DNA of 64,000 nucleotides from positions 629,589-693,588 of the forward strand of contig AP024675.1 of NCBI GenBank assembly GCA_025998875.1. Direction: 5' to 3'. This DNA is from Bacteroidota bacterium. Lineage in GTDB: Bacteria > Bacteroidota > Rhodothermia > JANXDC01. Of this stretch, positions 49,705 through 58,336 are shown in pieces; positions within the stretch are counted from its first letter, which is position 1, and each line of letters begins with the position of its first letter. The position numbers were made by a program, and so were the translations under genes. The notes beneath the pieces were generated by a model. The model was not told where the DNA came from. It saw only the letters and a list, made by a program, of their open reading frames with translations, and did no database searches.

Positions 49705-50879
49705 ACGGGATGGTGGCTTCGATTCAGCCAATTCATGCGCTCCAGCACCCGCTCCAGGCGTCTGAGCACCTCGGTGATTTCTTCAGGGCGCGTTTCCCTG
49801 CCCAGGGAAAGGCGCAAGGAGGCGCGCGCGGTGGGTTCATCGAGCCCGATGGCGCGCAGCACATGCGAGGGTTCGAAAGCTCCACTGGAGCAGGCCGCTC
49901 CGTTGGACAAACAAACCCCCTCCAGATCCAAGTTAACGAGCAACATCTCCCCGTCGAGCGCCCGGCCGTTTTGCGGAGGGAAGGAGACATTGACGATATG
50001 GGGCAGGCGATCGGTCTCCGGGCTGTTGATGCGCACCCGTTCTGCAAAACGCTCCTGCAGGCCCTGCACCAGCAGGGCGCGCAGCGCCTCGGCCCGCTCC
50101 CAGTTCTCTGGGGCCTCTTCCCAGGCCAACTCCAGCGCACGGGCCATGCCGATGATCCCGGGCACGTTCTCCGTACCTCCCCGCCGATTGCGCTCCTGAG
50201 CCCCTCCTCGCAACAGGGGCTCAAACGGAGTTCCGGATCGCACGTAAAGAAATCCCACTCCCTTGGGGCCGTAGAACTTGTGCGCCGAGGCCGATAACAG
50301 ATCGACCCCCAGCTCATCTACCCGGAAACGGAGCTTGCCCACGCTCTGCACCCCATCGGTGTGCAGCCACACTCCGCACTGCCGACAGATACGGGCGATT
50401 TCCTCGATCGGGTTTATCGTTCCCAGCTCGTTGTTGGCGTGCAGCACGGAAACCAGGGCCGTGTCCGGCTCGATAGCCCGGGCGATCGCCTCCGGGTCCA
50501 CCCGTCCCCAGGCATCCACCGGCACCAGCGTGGCCCGCACGCCGAGGTAAGCCAGCCCCTCCAGTACCTCCAGCACGGCGTGGTGCTCGGTCGTCGTGCA
50601 GACCACATGTCGGCGTCCGGTGGCCAGAACCACGCCCCACAGGGCCAGGTTATTGGCTTCCGTGCCCCCACTGGTAAAGAGGATCTCCCCTGGATCGGCG
50701 CCCAGCAAAGAGGCGATGCGGTCTCGGGCTTCTTCCAGCGCCGCCCGTACGCGCCTGCCCGCCTGATGAATGGAAGAGGGGTTACCGAACTCCTCTGACC
50801 AGTACGGCCTCATGGCCTCCAGCACACGGGGATCCAGAGGCGTCGTGGCCGCGTAGTCCAGATAGATCACATGGCCCAT
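49701..50879 (-). CDS. iscS: Cysteine desulfurase (group I, IscS/NifS type)
   Basis: YLDYAATTP, GNPSS, FTSGGTEANN, SAHKFYGPKG, SNGAACSSG. Confidence 0.92.
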   Translation of the reverse strand: MGHVIYLDYAATTPLDPRVLEAMRPYWSEEFGNPSSIHQAGRRVRAALEEARDRIASLLGADPGEILFTSGGTEANNLALWGVVLATGRRHVVCTTTEHHAVLEVLEGLAYLGVRATLVPVDAWGRVDPEAIARAIEPDTALVSVLHANNELGTINPIEEIARICRQCGVWLHTDGVQSVGKLRFRVDELGVDLLSASAHKFYGPKGVGFLYVRSGTPFEPLLRGGAQERNRRGGTENVPGIIGMARALELAWEEAPENWERAEALRALLVQGLQERFAERVRINSPETDRLPHIVNVSFPPQNGRALDGEMLLVNLDLEGVCLSNGAACSSGAFEPSHVLRAIGLDEPTARASLRLSLGRETRPEEITEVLRRLERVLERMNWLNRSHHPV

Positions 50880-50954
50880 ATGTCGTACCTTTGTCCTGCT
50901 TACGGGGAAACCGTTCCCTCCATAGTCCGGTTCCAGAAACGCGGAGACCTTTTG

Positions 50955-52268
50955 ATGGACAAGCTCGTACTCCTTGGAGGTCGATCCCTGGAGGGGGAAG
51001 TTGCAATCAGCGGTTCCAAAAACACCGCCTTACCCCTCATGTCGGCCGCCATGCTCGTCGATGGGGTCAGCACGCTGTACAACGTGCCCCGCCTGCGGGA
51101 CATCTACACCTACAGCAACGTGCTGCGTGTAACGGGCGCCCATGTGCACTATGACCCCGAGACGCGCACCATGCACATCGACGCCTCGCGCGTGGGGCAT
51201 TTTGAAGCACCCTATGAGCTGGTCAAAAAGATGCGCGCCTCTTTTTACATCCTGGGGGCGCTTCTGGGGCGTTTTGGGCGCGCGCGGGTCTCCCTGCCGG
51301 GGGGATGTGCCTGGGGGCCAAGGCCGGTCAACCTGCACCTGGAGGGTTTTCGCGCGCTGGGAGCGGAGATCTCCCTCGATCGAGGCTACGTGGTAGCCCG
51401 GGCGCCGGCCTCGGGCCTGCGCGGGGCGCGCATCCGGTTCGAGCCCCCCAGCGTGGGGGCCACGGTGAACGTGCTCCTGGCCGCCGTGCTGGCGCGCGGA
51501 ACAACGCGCCTCGAAAACGCCGCCATGGAACCCGATGTGGTCTGCTTCGGCGAGGCGCTCAATCGAATGGGCGCCCGCATCTCGGGGCTGGGCACACCGG
51601 TCCTGGAGATCGAGGGCGTGCCAGAACTGCAGCCCCTCCTTGCTCATACCCCTCCGGACCGCATCGAGCTGGGCACCTACATGATCGCCGCCGCCATGAC
51701 CCGGGGCCGCGTCCGGCTGCTCCAGGCCGAACCCGCCCATCTGGGCGATTTTCTGGAGATATTCCGCCAGACCGGTGCCCGCGTGGAGGTCGGACCGGAC
51801 TGGATATACGTGGAAGGTCCGGAGGTGATCCAGCCCGTGAGCATTCAGACGGCGGTGTATCCCGGCTTCCCCACCGACTTGCAGGCCCAGTGGACGGCCA
51901 TGATGACCCAGGCCGATGGGGATTCGACCGTCACGGATACGATCTATTTTGACCGCTTCAAACATGTGCCAGAACTCCTCCGGATGGGCGCACAGATCGA
52001 AGTCGTGGGCAACCGCGCCCACATCCGGGGCAGGACCCGGCTGATCGGCGCGCAGGTTATGTCCACAGACTTGCGCGGAAGCGTCTCCCTCGTACTGGCC
52101 GGCCTGGTCGCCGAGGGACGAACAGACGTACTACGCGTCTATCACCTGGACAGAGGCTACGAGGCGCTCGAGGTCAAGCTCTCCGCCTTGGGCGCGGATA
52201 TCCGTCGGGAACAGTACGAGGAGTTCGGCACCGTGGTCCTTCCCCTGGAAGAGGAAGAACAGATGTAA
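50955..52268 (+). CDS. murA: UDP-N-acetylglucosamine 1-carboxyvinyltransferase
   Basis: SGSKN, KKMRAS, LPGGCAWGPRPV, SVGAT, DRIE, PGFPTDLQ, HLDRGYE; ATG 50955. Confidence 0.97.
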   Translation: MDKLVLLGGRSLEGEVAISGSKNTALPLMSAAMLVDGVSTLYNVPRLRDIYTYSNVLRVTGAHVHYDPETRTMHIDASRVGHFEAPYELVKKMRASFYILGALLGRFGRARVSLPGGCAWGPRPVNLHLEGFRALGAEISLDRGYVVARAPASGLRGARIRFEPPSVGATVNVLLAAVLARGTTRLENAAMEPDVVCFGEALNRMGARISGLGTPVLEIEGVPELQPLLAHTPPDRIELGTYMIAAAMTRGRVRLLQAEPAHLGDFLEIFRQTGARVEVGPDWIYVEGPEVIQPVSIQTAVYPGFPTDLQAQWTAMMTQADGDSTVTDTIYFDRFKHVPELLRMGAQIEVVGNRAHIRGRTRLIGAQVMSTDLRGSVSLVLAGLVAEGRTDVLRVYHLDRGYEALEVKLSALGADIRREQYEEFGTVVLPLEEEEQM

Positions 52269-52314
52269 CCGTTGCGCCGTCGTGCTGGATTTTATATTTT
52301 TGGCGGTGCGAGAT

Positions 52315-52387
52315 GGCGCATTCGTCTAGGGGTCTAGGACGCCGCCCTCTCACGGCGGAAACACGGGTTCGAATCCCGTATGCGCTA
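52315..52387 (+). tRNA. tRNA-Glu (CTC), CCA not encoded
   Basis: GGCGCATTCGTCTAGGGGTCTAGGACGCCGCCCTCTCACGGCGGAAACACGGGTTCGAATCCCGTATGCGCTA. Confidence 0.97.
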
Positions 52388-52388
52388 C

Positions 52389-52425
52389 AAAAAAGCGGAT
52401 GAGCGCCGCGCTCATCCGCTTTTTT
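52389..52425. terminator. Bidirectional intrinsic terminator
   Basis: A6-GCGGATGAGCG-ccg-CGCTCATCCGC-T6 between convergent tRNA-Glu and the oxidoreductase gene. Confidence 0.9.
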
Positions 52426-52434
52426 ACTTTGCAT

Positions 52435-53076
52435 TCAGGCTACCGCTCGCTCGATCGCTTCCAGCAGATAAGACTCCGGAACGGCGCCTTCGATGTGCTC
52501 GCGGTCGTTAATTACCGTCTTGGGCACGCCATAGACCTGATATCGGCTGGCCAGATGGGGAAACTCGATGGCCTCTACCATAGAGGCCTGGATGTTCGGA
52601 TTCAGATAGGCGAAGCGGAAAGCGCTCACCACCGCCCGCGGACAATACGGACACGTAGGGGTGACAAATACCTGTAGGTTCACCGGTTTCTGGATCCCGC
52701 GCACCCGTTCGACGATATCCTCGGGCAGATGCGTGTTTCCCGTGGATACAAGCCGGATAGCTTCCAGCAGGCTGGCAAACTCGTATCCCGAGGGAATCCC
52801 GTAGAACCGAATCCCGTAATCGCTTTCCCCCATCACCACGGTGGCCGGTATCTTGTCGATCCCGTAGGAGTTGGCCCGCTGGCGATCGAGCATGAAGTTG
52901 TAGACCTCCAGGGAGATCTGATCAGAAAGTGCGGCGACCTCTTCGAGTAGCTGGCGGGTCTCCCGGCAGTATTCGCACTCCAGCTCCTGGGTGAAGTAGA
53001 CCAGTCGCACCGGGTTTACCAGTCCGGACAGCTCTTGACGTACCAGTTCGCGCTCCCTTTCGCGTAGCAGGGTCAT
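52435..53076 (-). CDS. Protein disulfide oxidoreductase (two thioredoxin folds; AhpF-NTD/PfPDO-like)
   Basis: CEYC and CPYC motifs, GIPSGYEF, GVPK; GAGGAG SD before ATG 53076. Confidence 0.9.
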   Translation of the reverse strand: MTLLRERERELVRQELSGLVNPVRLVYFTQELECEYCRETRQLLEEVAALSDQISLEVYNFMLDRQRANSYGIDKIPATVVMGESDYGIRFYGIPSGYEFASLLEAIRLVSTGNTHLPEDIVERVRGIQKPVNLQVFVTPTCPYCPRAVVSAFRFAYLNPNIQASMVEAIEFPHLASRYQVYGVPKTVINDREHIEGAVPESYLLEAIERAVA

Positions 53077-53093
53077 CGGGGTATCTCCTCTTG

Positions 53094-53444
53094 TTAGTAG
53101 CGTCCATTCTCTACAGGCAATCCGGCCCGACGCCAGGCCAGAATCCCTCCACGGATGTTGTAGACGTTCCGGTAGCCCAGTTGCTGGGCCACCGCCTCGG
53201 CGACCATGGCGGATCGGTTTCCGGAACGACACAGAAACAGGAGCTCCGCCTCCTTATCCGGAGGCAGCCGGGATATATCGAATGCGCTCAGAGGCAGGTG
53301 TAGCGCTCCGGGCACGGCGCCCTGCTCGTGCAACTCCTCCTTTTCCCGCACATCCACCAGCCAGGCGCCTCGCTGAAAACGCGCATAAGCCTCCTGCGGA
53401 GAGAGCTCTTCATACCCCTTTGGGGTCCAGAACCACCCACTCAT
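53094..53444 (-). CDS. Single-domain rhodanese (sulfurtransferase)
   Basis: LVDVRE, VPGALHLPL, LCRSGNRS, GGILAW. Confidence 0.92.
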   Translation of the reverse strand: MSGWFWTPKGYEELSPQEAYARFQRGAWLVDVREKEELHEQGAVPGALHLPLSAFDISRLPPDKEAELLFLCRSGNRSAMVAEAVAQQLGYRNVYNIRGGILAWRRAGLPVENGRY

Positions 53445-53995
53445 CTGTATCCTCCTGTGTTGGGTTTACTCTTCCCCTGTTGCCGGGCCAGCAGGCGGGC
53501 CACGGCGCGCTCCAGATAGGGCAGCGCCGACACATCGCGCATCCCGGCCCTGCGGGCCTCGGCCAGCGCCTGCTCGGCAGACAGCCCCTTAAAACGCAGA
53601 TAGCCGTAATAAAGCTGTGCGGACCGATTGCCGGATCGGCAGTGCATAAAGATGGGTCCTGGGCTCTCCTCCAGGGCGCGCACAAAACGCGCCAGCACCT
53701 CCGGGGTAATCGTCTCCGGCCCTCCTACGGGGATGTTCACGTAGCGCAGCCCGAGCCGACGGGCCACCTCGGCCTCATCAAAAGGACGCCGCTCCTCGGG
53801 AAGGCGATTGTCGATCACGGTCCGGTATCCCGCCCTGCTCAGGGCGCGCAACTGCGCCTCCGTGGGCTGCCCACCGCAGGCCAGCCCGGGGCGCAGCAGC
53901 ACCCCATTGGGGATATCCTGAGGCAAGCCAGAATCCTGGACCCCTGTTCCAGCACCGAACACGAACATCAGAATACCGATGAACCACGCGCGCAT
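53441..53995 (-). CDS. DUF442/Blh-like phosphatase-fold sulfurtransferase with signal peptide
   Basis: GGQP, GYRTVIDNR..EE, YVNIPV, HCRSGNRS; hydrophobic N-terminus; ATG 53995. Confidence 0.8.
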   Translation of the reverse strand: MRAWFIGILMFVFGAGTGVQDSGLPQDIPNGVLLRPGLACGGQPTEAQLRALSRAGYRTVIDNRLPEERRPFDEAEVARRLGLRYVNIPVGGPETITPEVLARFVRALEESPGPIFMHCRSGNRSAQLYYGYLRFKGLSAEQALAEARRAGMRDVSALPYLERAVARLLARQQGKSKPNTGGYR

Positions 53996-54060
53996 AGGGT
54001 TTACCCCGTGTACTTGTGCCCTTTCGATGCAACCGGGTAGCGAAGATGTCATCGGGTTGT

Positions 54061-54076
54061 GTACTCCGGGGGGAAT
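54061..54076. promoter_or_regulatory. Second candidate CsoR/CstR-type operator in divergent promoter region
   Basis: GTAC-TCCGGGGG-GAAT resembles ATAC-N8-GTAT with a G-tract. Confidence 0.45.
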
Positions 54077-54118
54077 ACGTATTTTCTCCGCGTTTGCCTA
54101 CCTCCTGGGTGGAAGGCT

Positions 54119-54415
54119 ATGAAGCAAAAAGCAGAACAGCTGACCCTTTCGCACATCGAGGATCGAAAGGAAATTCTGCGTCGCCTGGCCCGGATCGAGG
54201 GCCAGATCCGCGCTCTACAGCGTCTGATCCAGGAAGAGGCCGACTGCGCCACAATCATACAGCAGATGATGGCCGCCCGCCAGGCGGTGCATAAAACCTT
54301 TGCCGAGCTGATGGCCCGCCTGCTCACGCGGGAGTGCCTGCTAACGGAACACCTCTCCGAAGAAGAACGCCAGAACCTGGGCCATCTGGCCGATCTGATT
54401 CGCCGTTATCTGTAA
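54119..54415 (+). CDS. CsoR/RcnR family repressor, CstR-like (persulfide sensor candidate)
   Basis: RRLARIEGQIRAL, Cys43 and Cys73, no His four residues before the second Cys; ATG 54119. Confidence 0.88.
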   Translation: MKQKAEQLTLSHIEDRKEILRRLARIEGQIRALQRLIQEEADCATIIQQMMAARQAVHKTFAELMARLLTRECLLTEHLSEEERQNLGHLADLIRRYL

Positions 54416-54464
54416 ACGCCGGACAGGTGTCCGACCCGAAAATACCCGCAGCGGCTCGGATGTC

Positions 54465-54502
54465 TTGACTTTTTAGTCGGACCTCTATACTATAGGGGGT
54501 AT
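54465..54502 (+). promoter_or_regulatory. Sigma70 promoter overlapped by CsoR/CstR-type operator
   Basis: TTGACT (54465-54470), 17 nt, TACTAT (54488-54493); operator ATACTATAGGGGGTAT (54487-54502). Confidence 0.8.
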
Positions 54503-54524
54503 CCGGTCAGGAGGTCTTCCACCT

Positions 54525-55709
54525 ATGGAATGGAAAACTCAGTTCACCCCCGAGGAAGTGGCCGAGCTGCTGGAACGAGGCGTTGGCTTCGGCGTGCTGG
54601 ACGTACGCAATGAAGAGGAATTCCGGCGCTGGCGCCTGGAGGGGCCAAACACCCCCCAAACCCTGCATATCCCCTACTTTGAGGCGCTGGAGGATGAGGA
54701 GGCCTTCGTCTCTCGCGTAGAGGCCGAGCTGGGTCGGGGGCCCATCCTAGCCATCTGCGCCAAGGGAGGATCATCGGACTGGATCGCCCAGGAGATCCTG
54801 CGGCCCCGGGGCTTTCAGGTCGCGAACATGATCGGGGGCATGGAGGCCTGGGGATCTAGCTATCGCATTCGCCTGCTTCCGGAATCCAAACAGGATACGG
54901 TGCGCATCTGGCAGCTGGATCGCTTCGGCCGGGGGTGCCTGCATTACGTAGTTGCCTCGGAAGGCGAAGCGATCCTTATCGATCCCCCTCGGCATATCGA
55001 GCGCGTACTGGAGCTCCTGTCGCGGGAAGGGCTACAGATCCGGGCCATTCTGGACACGCACGCCCATGCCGATCACATCTCCGGAGGCCCCGCGCTGGCG
55101 GAACGGACCGGCGCTCCTTACTATCTGCATCCCTACGACGGCATCCACCCTATCGACGTGCTTCCGGCTCAGATCCCGTTTGCCTTTCTGCAAGAGGGCA
55201 TGCGCTTTTCGGTGGGCTCGGCCGCCCTAGACGTTCTGCATATACCCGGCCACACGCTAGGCAATACGGCTTTTCTTCTGCAGGGGCAGAAGCGCTACCT
55301 CTTTACGGGGGATAGCCTCTTCATCCAGAGCGTTGCGCGGCCTGATCTGGGCGGTCGGGGGGAGGCGTGGGCGCCTCTGCATTTCCGATCCCTGCGTCGG
55401 CTGCTTCATCTTCCGGCGGATACGATCGTCCTGCCGGGCCATTACGCCTCGGCCGCGCGGGAGCAGCGCGCCGATGGCCTCTTTGCCGCCCCGCTGGGCG
55501 AGTTGCTCAGGAGCAACCCCGATCTGGCTCTGCAAGAGGAGGAAGCCTTTGTTTCCTATATCCTGGCCCACCTTCCGGAGTTTCCCCCGCAGTACGTGGA
55601 TATCAAACGGGTAAACGCCGGGCTCCTGCGACTGGATGAGGAGGGCCTCAACGAACTGGAGCTGGGCAAAAACGTCTGCGCGCTCTCGGGTGCTTATACA
55701 ACATCATAA
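54525..55709 (+). CDS. Rhodanese + metallo-beta-lactamase-fold persulfide dioxygenase (YrkH/CstB-like)
   Basis: N-terminal LDVRN..ICAKGGSS rhodanese; GCLHY, THAHADHISG, PGHT, TGDSLF..VARPDL, PGHY. Confidence 0.88.
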   Translation: MEWKTQFTPEEVAELLERGVGFGVLDVRNEEEFRRWRLEGPNTPQTLHIPYFEALEDEEAFVSRVEAELGRGPILAICAKGGSSDWIAQEILRPRGFQVANMIGGMEAWGSSYRIRLLPESKQDTVRIWQLDRFGRGCLHYVVASEGEAILIDPPRHIERVLELLSREGLQIRAILDTHAHADHISGGPALAERTGAPYYLHPYDGIHPIDVLPAQIPFAFLQEGMRFSVGSAALDVLHIPGHTLGNTAFLLQGQKRYLFTGDSLFIQSVARPDLGGRGEAWAPLHFRSLRRLLHLPADTIVLPGHYASAAREQRADGLFAAPLGELLRSNPDLALQEEEAFVSYILAHLPEFPPQYVDIKRVNAGLLRLDEEGLNELELGKNVCALSGAYTTS

Positions 55710-55722
55710 AGGAGGCTCCGCC

Positions 55723-55983
55723 ATGGGGGAGATCGTCGTAGCCAGGGAACTCGACGTCCGCGGCCTACAGTGTCCCATGCCCCTGGTCAACGCACACCGG
55801 GCGATCAAGCAGATCGCCGTGGGCGAGGTGCTCAAAGTGCTGGCCACGGATCGGGGCTCGCTTTTGGACTTTAAGGGCTGGGCGGAAACAGACGACTCCG
55901 TCGAGTTGCTCCAGCAGGAAGAATATACCGACGAGCAAGGACGACGGGTGTACGTGCACTACCTGCGACGGGTAGAACCCTGA
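55723..55983 (+). CDS. tusA: TusA family sulfur carrier
   Basis: LDVRGLQCPMP, VLATDRGS..DF..W; AAGGAGG SD before ATG 55723. Confidence 0.9.
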   Translation: MGEIVVARELDVRGLQCPMPLVNAHRAIKQIAVGEVLKVLATDRGSLLDFKGWAETDDSVELLQQEEYTDEQGRRVYVHYLRRVEP

Positions 55984-56007
55984 ATAACCAGGGAGGAGGA
56001 GAGCATC

Positions 56008-56592
56008 ATGGCCGAAGCCATTGCCCAGGATCTGGAGACCCGCCTCCAGGAGCTCACCCAACGCCTGGAAGCGCTGGAGAGCCGCTATGAAAAAGACATG
56101 CGCCGCATCCAGCGGCACCTACCGGAGAACCGGGTGGCGATCATCTGCTTCAGCGGTAATCTGGACAAGGCCATGGCCGCGCTGATCATCGCCACCGGCG
56201 CGGCCTCAATGGGCATGCAGGTCTCGATTTTCTTCACCTTCTGGGGCTTGAGCGTGATCAAAAATGGCGCCCAGCTGCGGGGCAAATCCTTCATGGAAAA
56301 GCTCTTCAGCATCATGCTCCCGGAGAACATGCGCGAGCTCGGCCCCTCTCAGATGAACTTCGGCGGCATTGGCGCGCGTATGATGCGGGCCATTATGCGC
56401 AAAAAGCAGGTTCAGTCCCTCGAGGAGCTCTTCCAGCTGGCCCGTGAGCTGGGAGTTCGCCTGGTGGCCTGCACGATGAGCATGGATGTGATGGGCATCC
56501 GGGCCGAGGAACTGCTTCCCGGCATGGAGCTGGGTGGGGTGGCCACCTACCTGGCCGATGCCTCCAAATCCAAAGTCACGCTGTTTATCTAA
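56008..56592 (+). CDS. DsrE2/YrkE-like sulfurtransferase
   Basis: FSGNLDKAMA, FFTFWGL, ACTMSMDVMG, GGVATYL. Confidence 0.9.
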   Translation: MAEAIAQDLETRLQELTQRLEALESRYEKDMRRIQRHLPENRVAIICFSGNLDKAMAALIIATGAASMGMQVSIFFTFWGLSVIKNGAQLRGKSFMEKLFSIMLPENMRELGPSQMNFGGIGARMMRAIMRKKQVQSLEELFQLARELGVRLVACTMSMDVMGIRAEELLPGMELGGVATYLADASKSKVTLFI

Positions 56593-56643
56593 CAGCGCGA
56601 CCCATTCGGACCGCTCACAGAGCCTCAGGAGAGGAGGGCGGGG

Positions 56644-58317
56644 ATGAACTATGGTTTCATCATCGATAACCGTAAGTGTATCGGCTGTCATGCTTGCACG
56701 GTGGCCTGCAAGGCGGAGCACGAAATCCCGCTCGGCGTCAACCGCACCTGGGTCAAATACGTCGAAAAGGGGCGCTATCCGAACACGCGGCGCTTGTTTG
56801 CCGTGCACCGGTGCAACCACTGCGCCGAGGCCCCGTGTGTGGAGATCTGCCCCGTAGAGGCGCTCTTTGTGCGCCCCGACGGGATCGTGGATTTCGATAA
56901 CGCCCGCTGCATCGGGTGCAAGTCCTGCATGCAGGCCTGTCCTTATGATGCGCTCTATATCGATCCGGAGACGCACACGGCGGCCAAGTGCAATTTCTGC
57001 GCGCATCGTATTGACCTGGGTCTGGAACCGGCCTGTGTGGTGGTCTGCCCGGAACATGCCATCATCGCCGGGGATCTGGACGATCCCCACTCGGAGATCA
57101 GCCAGCTTCTGGCCCGCGAACAGGTCCAGGTGCGCAAACCGGAAAAGGGCACCCTGCCCAAGCTCTGGTACATCGATGGGGACGAGGCCTCCCTAGATCC
57201 CCTGGCCACCCGGCGAGAGACGGAATACTTCTGGAGCGAACAGGCCACCGGGGTGGGGCATTTTGCCCGCTATGCGGAGATGCGGCAGGCGAACCGGGAT
57301 CCGGATCAGCTCCTCTATCAGCTGGCCGTCTTGCCCTCGGACTGGGCCCGTGCTGAGGCCCGGGTAGCCGAGGAGCTACGCCGTGAAGACGGACAGCGGG
57401 CCATGGGCGATCCCCTGCTCCGGATGCAGGAGGCCGTCTACGGGCAGAGCCCGGCCAGGCGCACCTATGACACCCCCTCGAAAGGGGTGCTCTGGGGATG
57501 GGAGGTTTCCGGATACATCTGGACAAAGGCCATTGCCGCGGGTGCGTTTCTGGTGCCGTTTCTTCTGCAGGATCTGGGCCTTGTCCGACTCGGCCCCGTG
57601 GCGGAATGGGTCGCCTGGGGGGTTGCCCTCCTGTTTTTGTTGCTGACCGGACTGCTATTAATCAAAGACCTGGACCGACCCGATCGGTTTCTGTACGTAT
57701 TGCTTCGCCCTCAGAAGCGTTCCTGGCTCGTCAAGGGCGCCTATATCCTTACCGGCTACGGAGCGGCCCTGGCCCTGTGGGGGGTATCACGCTGGCTGGA
57801 AAGCCCCGAACTGGGTTGGCTGGCCCGCCTGACGGGTTATCTGGGCGCCCTGGGCGCGGCCACATATACGGCCTTTTTGTTTGCTCAGGCCAAGGGGCGG
57901 GACTTCTGGCAGAGCCCCATGCTTGCCCCGCACATGCTTCTGCACGCCCTGCTGGCCGGAGGATCGGTGGGACTGCTCCTGGCCTGGGGTTTCGGCCTAG
58001 ATGCAACCCCCTTCGGCTGGGTTACCGCCTTCTCGGGGGCAGCAGGGCTCCTGATAGTAGCCATAGAGCTGGCTATGCCGCATCCCACACGGGATGCTCA
58101 TCTGGTGGCCCAGATCATCATGCGCGGCTACTATCGCCGGCTGTTCTGGCATACCGTGCTCTGGGGACACCTGCTGCCCGTAGTCGGGCTTTTCCTCGGA
58201 CTCTGGCTCGGTTGGCCTGTGGCCCTGTTGGCCCTGCTGGGCCTGATACTGCTTGTGGCCGTGCTGCCCATCGAGCACCTCTGGGTGCGCGTGCCTCAGC
58301 TCATCCCCCTGGCCTGA
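56644..58317 (+). CDS. Fused 4x[4Fe-4S] ferredoxin (NrfC/PsrB) + NrfD/PsrC membrane anchor
   Basis: CIGCHACTVAC, CNHCAEAPCVEICP, CIGCKSCMQACP, KCNFC..PACVVVCP; linker; WGWEV..Y, DLDRPDRF, SW and about 8 TM helices. Confidence 0.9.
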   Translation: MNYGFIIDNRKCIGCHACTVACKAEHEIPLGVNRTWVKYVEKGRYPNTRRLFAVHRCNHCAEAPCVEICPVEALFVRPDGIVDFDNARCIGCKSCMQACPYDALYIDPETHTAAKCNFCAHRIDLGLEPACVVVCPEHAIIAGDLDDPHSEISQLLAREQVQVRKPEKGTLPKLWYIDGDEASLDPLATRRETEYFWSEQATGVGHFARYAEMRQANRDPDQLLYQLAVLPSDWARAEARVAEELRREDGQRAMGDPLLRMQEAVYGQSPARRTYDTPSKGVLWGWEVSGYIWTKAIAAGAFLVPFLLQDLGLVRLGPVAEWVAWGVALLFLLLTGLLLIKDLDRPDRFLYVLLRPQKRSWLVKGAYILTGYGAALALWGVSRWLESPELGWLARLTGYLGALGAATYTAFLFAQAKGRDFWQSPMLAPHMLLHALLAGGSVGLLLAWGFGLDATPFGWVTAFSGAAGLLIVAIELAMPHPTRDAHLVAQIIMRGYYRRLFWHTVLWGHLLPVVGLFLGLWLGWPVALLALLGLILLVAVLPIEHLWVRVPQLIPLA

Positions 58318-58336
58318 GAGAAGGAGGTATTCGCCT

